NCBI GenBank assembly: GCA_043824255.1
Contig: JBDRTG010000047.1
Location: 192,001 to 256,000 of the forward strand
Source: a bacterium
GTDB taxonomy: Bacteria; JAHJDO01
Length of the DNA: 64,000 nucleotides
Direction of reading: 5' to 3'
This document shows positions 59,436 through 64,000 of this stretch, one piece after another. How positions within the stretch are numbered: position 1 is the stretch's first letter; each line of letters begins with the position of its first letter. The notes beneath the pieces are model-generated. The model saw nothing but the letters and a program-made list of their open reading frames with translations, was not told the DNA's origin and did no database searches. A program made the position numbers and the translations under genes.

Positions 59436-61226
59436 TTAGTTAATTCTTTCTTCTAATTTTTTTACTTCAGGAGCTTGTTTATCCATTGCTACGAGACCTT
59501 TATCAAACAGAGCAAAGGAGAAACGTCCACACTTATAAATTTTTAATAGTTTAGCCTTCGGATAATAAGAGAGCATCTTTTTGATATTAGGATCGTCTAA
59601 TCTTTTATTCCTATCCATGTTTAAACAAAAATACCTGATATCGTCTCTTTCCAAAATATGGGCAATATCCTTATTGATATTATGTTTTCCACCGTCATGT
59701 TTAAATATAAACTTGTGGCAATTCTCAAAACCTAGGAAGCGATAGGCCAACTCTGTTCCTACAATAGTAGTCGGTTCCAATATCCTTCCTAAATCTCGGG
59801 ATGCCTGAAAACTCATATTCTGTCTTGATAGAAAAAAGTTATCAATATTGTGATAATTACTTATCACTATGGCAAATAAGAAAGAAAAAGAATATAACCT
59901 CACGGCTAATTTTCTTAGGTAGCAATATTTCATGGGATTTCTAATTCTATTAAACAGCAAAGCTAAGCAAATTCCAATAAAGAGTGAGAGAAATAATATC
60001 GTATTTCTACCAGGTAGAGGGAAAATAGTATTGTGAATATTGTGTTGGCTAAACCGCCAAAGCCAGGAGGAAAAAATTAAAAGGAACCCAATGAATAAGA
60101 CTGCTACTGCCTGAGGATGAATGAATCCTTTATTATTACGATTATTCCAAAGCAGAGTAAATGTTTTAACTATAAGATAAACCATAGCAGGAATAATCAA
60201 AACCAATCTTTTTTCGTTAAGACAAAAAAGATTAATGAACAATATTCCAACTATAAGCCAAAGAATACTAAACTTATCTAATTCAGATATCCTTTTACAA
60301 TAATAAAAAATAACCCAAATACTTGTCAGCCCTAATAAGGTAGTATAAGGAAGCGTACCGTTAATTACCATAGGAGTTAGTCGAAAATTACTTTGAATGC
60401 TATTTATTACTGCTCTAAAAGAATTGAGAACCTGAACACTTACATCAGATTGATAAATATCAATTAGTTGAGTATTAGCAAGTATAAGCCATTTAAGGGT
60501 TGGGAAATAGCCAACCTGATGAAAGGGCAACAATGAAACTACCCATATAAGCAAGCCTAAGGCAATCCCAGCAAAAAAGGGGGGAAATATCTTCTTCCTT
60601 TCCCCCTTTTTTCTGAAGATGAAAAAAGAGACTGCTGCAAAAGTGGCCAAGGTAAAAATGGCACCATTTAATTTAGCTACTAGGGTTAAGAATGAGAATA
60701 ATCCTACCCCAAAAAAATATTTATAGTATTTCAATCCTTTCTGGTAAAAAAATAACGTAGCAATGGTTAAAAATAGAAATAGATTCTCACATATAGCAGT
60801 ACGATTCATAGCAGCAATATAGGTTATGGAACTCAGGAACATTGTACCCAAAAAAGAAAAGTAGCGATTAAATTCTTTTTTTAAAACAAGATAATAGAGC
60901 ACAAATCCCAAAATGGATAGCAGGGCATATGGAATGCGCAATGAAAATAATCCCACCCCTAAAGACGAAAAAGACAAATAACTTATGAGATTGCTTAAAG
61001 GGTTGAATGCCATGGGTTGATAATCTCCTCCTGATTCCCAATTATCAAAAAGCACTTTATTCCGGGCATTATAACCAACGCATTTCTCTTCAACATCAAA
61101 GCCAGACCTAAAAGAATCTGAAGTCAAGAATAAGACGCGACTTAAAAGCAAAAGAACAAAGAATACTAGAACTAACCACGAAAATTTATCAAATCTTGTG
61201 GGTAATTTATTTCCTTTCATAATCAA
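59436..61226 (-). CDS. ArnT/PMT-like (GT-C) membrane glycosyltransferase
   Basis: Acidic DVEE after TM1, YNARN, G...LR-P, E, K motifs, many TMs; start probably ATG 61220. Confidence 0.7.
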   Translation of the reverse strand: MIMKGNKLPTRFDKFSWLVLVFFVLLLLSRVLFLTSDSFRSGFDVEEKCVGYNARNKVLFDNWESGGDYQPMAFNPLSNLISYLSFSSLGVGLFSLRIPYALLSILGFVLYYLVLKKEFNRYFSFLGTMFLSSITYIAAMNRTAICENLFLFLTIATLFFYQKGLKYYKYFFGVGLFSFLTLVAKLNGAIFTLATFAAVSFFIFRKKGERKKIFPPFFAGIALGLLIWVVSLLPFHQVGYFPTLKWLILANTQLIDIYQSDVSVQVLNSFRAVINSIQSNFRLTPMVINGTLPYTTLLGLTSIWVIFYYCKRISELDKFSILWLIVGILFINLFCLNEKRLVLIIPAMVYLIVKTFTLLWNNRNNKGFIHPQAVAVLFIGFLLIFSSWLWRFSQHNIHNTIFPLPGRNTILFLSLFIGICLALLFNRIRNPMKYCYLRKLAVRLYSFSFLFAIVISNYHNIDNFFLSRQNMSFQASRDLGRILEPTTIVGTELAYRFLGFENCHKFIFKHDGGKHNINKDIAHILERDDIRYFCLNMDRNKRLDDPNIKKMLSYYPKAKLLKIYKCGRFSFALFDKGLVAMDKQAPEVKKLEERIN

Positions 61227-61414
61227 GCCTTTTTAGTACTCTCCTCTTGATTTCCCAAAAATAGCTTTTCATAGCAAAGATTGCCCAATGGTCGCGTTTT
61301 AAAAAGGGCACGGTCAAAAGCCAAATGAGTTTGGTGACCGTGTTTTTTGAGCATGGCAGAGAGAGCCTCTAAGGATATATTCTCCGCACCCGTGGCAATA
61401 AATGTTACTTTCAC
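61207..61414 (-). pseudogene. internally deleted cobalamin-dependent radical SAM gene
   Basis: First 38 codons match the N-terminus of 32578..34287; a shifted frame LKRDHWAIFAMKSYFWEIKRR...* resembles its C-terminal IRDQDARTYARSYWWWFRKR. Confidence 0.75.
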
Positions 61415-62289
61415 TTTTTAACCACCCAACTAAAGAGATTGCCCTTTCCTAAGAATAGCTTACGTGTCATCTTTAGAAAAAATGATAGAGGAGACGACCT
61501 TTCCAAGAATGGGCGATGGAAGAAAGTAGAGTATTCTTTAAGTTCCAAAAGTTTATATTTTGGAAAGAAAGATTTAAGTAACTCTTGGGGAATAAACCCC
61601 TTATTCTTGGAGATTGTGATATTTCTCTGTTCTATAGGGGAGTGATAATCGACCAGACTGATTATCTCCTCTTGCGAGAGATCAACAGTAATCAATCCTT
61701 CCTTTTTTAGCTGACGATTAATCTCGGACTGCATATATTCTGTAATCTTCATCCTCCCGCCAATTAACTTGTAGAGAGAGGCAGCTATCCTTACTAAAGG
61801 AGACTTGAAGAAGAGCTTATTCGGCTCATGGGCCATAAGGAATATCCCCTTTTTCTTTAACACCCTGTCTATTTCTTTCAATAATAGTTGATAATTAGGC
61901 AAATGGTGTAGAACAGAGTTCATAGAGACTATATCTACGCTTTCTTTGCTGAAAGGCAGCTGTTCAGCATCTCCCACTAAGAAACTAACATCAGGGACAT
62001 TCCTCAATTTTACTCTTGCCTCCTGGAGCATCTCTCTACTCAGATCGTAGCAGATAATCTTATTGGTGCCCTTAAGATACTGAGACAGGATATTTACCAC
62101 AAAGCCGGTTCCTGTTCCAATATCCAGTAAGGATATGCTTCTCGTTTCAGTGATATACTTCCTGCCAATACTATCCCACCAGAGGGAATCTCCTTTTAAG
62201 ACCTCTGGATGGCGACTATCATATTCCTTCGCTTCCACCTCATAGAATACTCTGTTTATCTCCTTTGCTAAATCATTATCTTTTTTCAT
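61411..62289 (-). CDS. class I SAM-dependent methyltransferase
   Basis: LLDIGTGTG, DLS-EML, GDAEQLPF, VLHHLP, HEPN. Confidence 0.9.
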   Translation of the reverse strand: MKKDNDLAKEINRVFYEVEAKEYDSRHPEVLKGDSLWWDSIGRKYITETRSISLLDIGTGTGFVVNILSQYLKGTNKIICYDLSREMLQEARVKLRNVPDVSFLVGDAEQLPFSKESVDIVSMNSVLHHLPNYQLLLKEIDRVLKKKGIFLMAHEPNKLFFKSPLVRIAASLYKLIGGRMKITEYMQSEINRQLKKEGLITVDLSQEEIISLVDYHSPIEQRNITISKNKGFIPQELLKSFFPKYKLLELKEYSTFFHRPFLERSSPLSFFLKMTRKLFLGKGNLFSWVVKK

Positions 62290-63689
62290 CGTTTTCTTCT
62301 CTTAAACTTCATCTTGAGCAGAGCCCAGGCAGCCAGACTATATTTCTTAAGATTCTTCCATGAATTAATCTTCTTTAGACTCTTCAGTATATAACTCGGC
62401 CGGAAATAGAGAGAGCGGTAGGCCTTTACCACCCATTCTCCGGCACCGGGGAAAAGAAAGGGAAGGCTATCGTTCCTTTTCCCCAGGGTAAAGTCTCTCC
62501 AGTAGTCACCTTCCACCAATCCTGCCTGAACGGAGAATGCGAAGAGAGAAGTCTGTGGCATAGGAGTGGCGGGGAAGAAGGTAGCGTAAGTGGGGGATAT
62601 CTTTCTGGCAAGGGCGATGGTTTCTTTGATCGTCTCTTCCGTTTCGCCAAGATAGCCAATGATGAAATAGGCCACAGTTTCTATCCCTATCTTATTACAG
62701 AGGGAAAAGGCAGTTTCTATTTGACTTAAGGTAGTCCTTTTATCGATTATATCTAAGATATTCTGATTTCCTGATTCCACACCGAACCTCAAAACCTGAC
62801 AGCCGGATTCCTTCATCAGCCGCAAAAGTTCTTCTGTTACCTGATCTACGCGTGCTGGAGATTGCCAGTTAATCTTAAGATTTCTCTTTAATATTTCCTG
62901 ACAAATTCTCTTGAGATGTTCCCTGCCAAGGGTAATGGATTCATTGACAAAATTAATCTCTTTTATCCCATACTTCTCATAAAAGTATTCAATTTCATCC
63001 ACCACCTTCAGAGGATCTCGCTTGCGAATAATCCTTGAGATTGGACTACGATAACAGAAGCCGCATTTATAAGGACAGCCCCGAATAGTAATGAGAGAAA
63101 CTAACTTATTGCCTGTGTTGACCATCTCGTATCTCTCCAAAGGCAAGAGATGATAAGCAGGAATAGGTAGTTGATCCAGGTCATCCACTATGGCTGGCTC
63201 ATTGACTATTATTCTCTCATTCTCTCGATAAATGAGTCCTTTTATGTCACTAACACCTCCCTTCTTTTCTATGGCAAGAAGGAGTTCATTTAGAACATAT
63301 TCTCCTTCACCTCCAATACCGTAATCGATAAATTCGTAAGAAAGAGTCTCCTTGGGAAAAATCATCATATGCGGCCCACCAATTACGGTTATTGCTTTAC
63401 ACTCCTTGGCAATTCTCGCTGATTCTAATGCTCCCCGAATATTGGTTGTCATGGCGCTTATTCCAACTACCTGGGGGCTTTCTTTTAAAATCTCCTTCCT
63501 TATCTCCTGGGGGCCTAATCCTAGTGCCTGGCAGTCCATGATGGCCACCTTGTGACTTTCTCTCTCTAGAGAAGCGGCAAGATATGCCAGCCCTAAAGGA
63601 GGCACCAGACCAATGGCTCCCTCAAAGCTCTCTGCCGATTGACTGCTAAGATATTCTACAACCCGCGGACGAATCAATAATACCTTCAA
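62286..63689 (-). CDS. cobalamin-dependent radical SAM protein
   Basis: PPLGLAYLA, GGPH, GEGE, RGCPYKCGFC, FGVESG. Confidence 0.9.
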   Translation of the reverse strand: MKVLLIRPRVVEYLSSQSAESFEGAIGLVPPLGLAYLAASLERESHKVAIMDCQALGLGPQEIRKEILKESPQVVGISAMTTNIRGALESARIAKECKAITVIGGPHMMIFPKETLSYEFIDYGIGGEGEYVLNELLLAIEKKGGVSDIKGLIYRENERIIVNEPAIVDDLDQLPIPAYHLLPLERYEMVNTGNKLVSLITIRGCPYKCGFCYRSPISRIIRKRDPLKVVDEIEYFYEKYGIKEINFVNESITLGREHLKRICQEILKRNLKINWQSPARVDQVTEELLRLMKESGCQVLRFGVESGNQNILDIIDKRTTLSQIETAFSLCNKIGIETVAYFIIGYLGETEETIKETIALARKISPTYATFFPATPMPQTSLFAFSVQAGLVEGDYWRDFTLGKRNDSLPFLFPGAGEWVVKAYRSLYFRPSYILKSLKKINSWKNLKKYSLAAWALLKMKFKRRKR

Positions 63690-63900
63690 TCCAGAACCTC
63701 CTTAAATACCCATCCCTGACGATGGTCAGGATACGTTATTCCTAAAAGATAACTTATTGATTGTACTTCTTTATTCCTTCCCCTGCAATAAATAAAAGGA
63801 AAGAATTTCTCTGCCTGAAAGAGGAGATAGGCATGACCCATGAAGTTCACTTCGCTCAGGCCGGTACGGTAGATACTGCGGAGAGGTGGAATTGCAAGGC

Positions 63901-63999
63901 TTAATGTCGACAAAATCCTCTGTATTGTTCTGGAATAAAACCTACTGCAACGGATTGATTTTTAAAATATTCAAAAACTAATCTGTGATTTTCTCCTCC
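63901..63999 (-). CDS. possible C-terminal end of a gene entering from beyond the window
   Basis: Only minus frame open from the edge: GGENHRLVFEYFKNQSVAVGFIPEQYRGFCRH*; no motif recognised. Confidence 0.3.
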   Translation of the reverse strand, partial: GGENHRLVFEYFKNQSVAVGFIPEQYRGFCRH

Positions 64000-64000
64000 A

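Noticed and set aside
1241..63555. Many short ORFs (mostly plus strand) overlapping the long minus-strand genes, including 14198..14572 and 5095..5502
   Set aside because: Antisense or alternate-frame shadows with no motifs or RBS.
28020..63689. Calling the B12-radical SAMs BchE or HpnJ, or the locus an antibiotic cluster
   Set aside because: No chlorophyll, hopanoid, PKS or NRPS genes are present; the context is surface glycosylation, so specific names are unsupported.
63686..63913. 75-aa minus-strand ORF
   Set aside because: TTG start without a clear RBS, no motif, and it contains small hairpin or REP-like pieces (63715-63730, about 63850-63860); could be a remnant but is not supportable.

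Overview
AT-rich bacterial DNA almost entirely taken up by one minus-strand cell-surface glycosylation locus (about 1.07-64 kb, continuing past the right edge). It encodes the dTDP-L-rhamnose pathway (rmlA/D/C/B), two extra NDP-sugar epimerases, a dehydrogenase/acyltransferase/aminotransferase amino-sugar triad and an AsnB-type amidotransferase. It also has about ten soluble GT2/GT4 glycosyltransferases, six polytopic GT-C-like proteins, three related orphan membrane proteins each directly upstream of a GT-C, seven class I SAM methyltransferases, six cobalamin-dependent radical SAM enzymes and two radical SAM-SPASM/twitch enzymes. I recognised no flippase, Wzy, ABC exporter or initiating transferase. 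Embedded in the locus are two AbiE (type IV TA) pairs, an AAA_14/DUF4143 ATPase and an RNA ligase with RLIG1/C12orf29-like motifs. Two structures not shown by the ORF track stand out. (1) The last ~35 nt of a GT-C gene recur as diverged direct repeats at 12651-12685 and 14201-14238, dividing the defence genes into two tandem cassettes, like att sites but with no integrase in the window. (2) Several head-to-tail gene scars (37.65-38.69 kb, 61.2-61.4 kb) keep a gene start joined to a gene end with the middle missing. No rRNA, tRNA, CRISPR array or transposase was seen. Family calls come from motifs read by eye; no database search was run.
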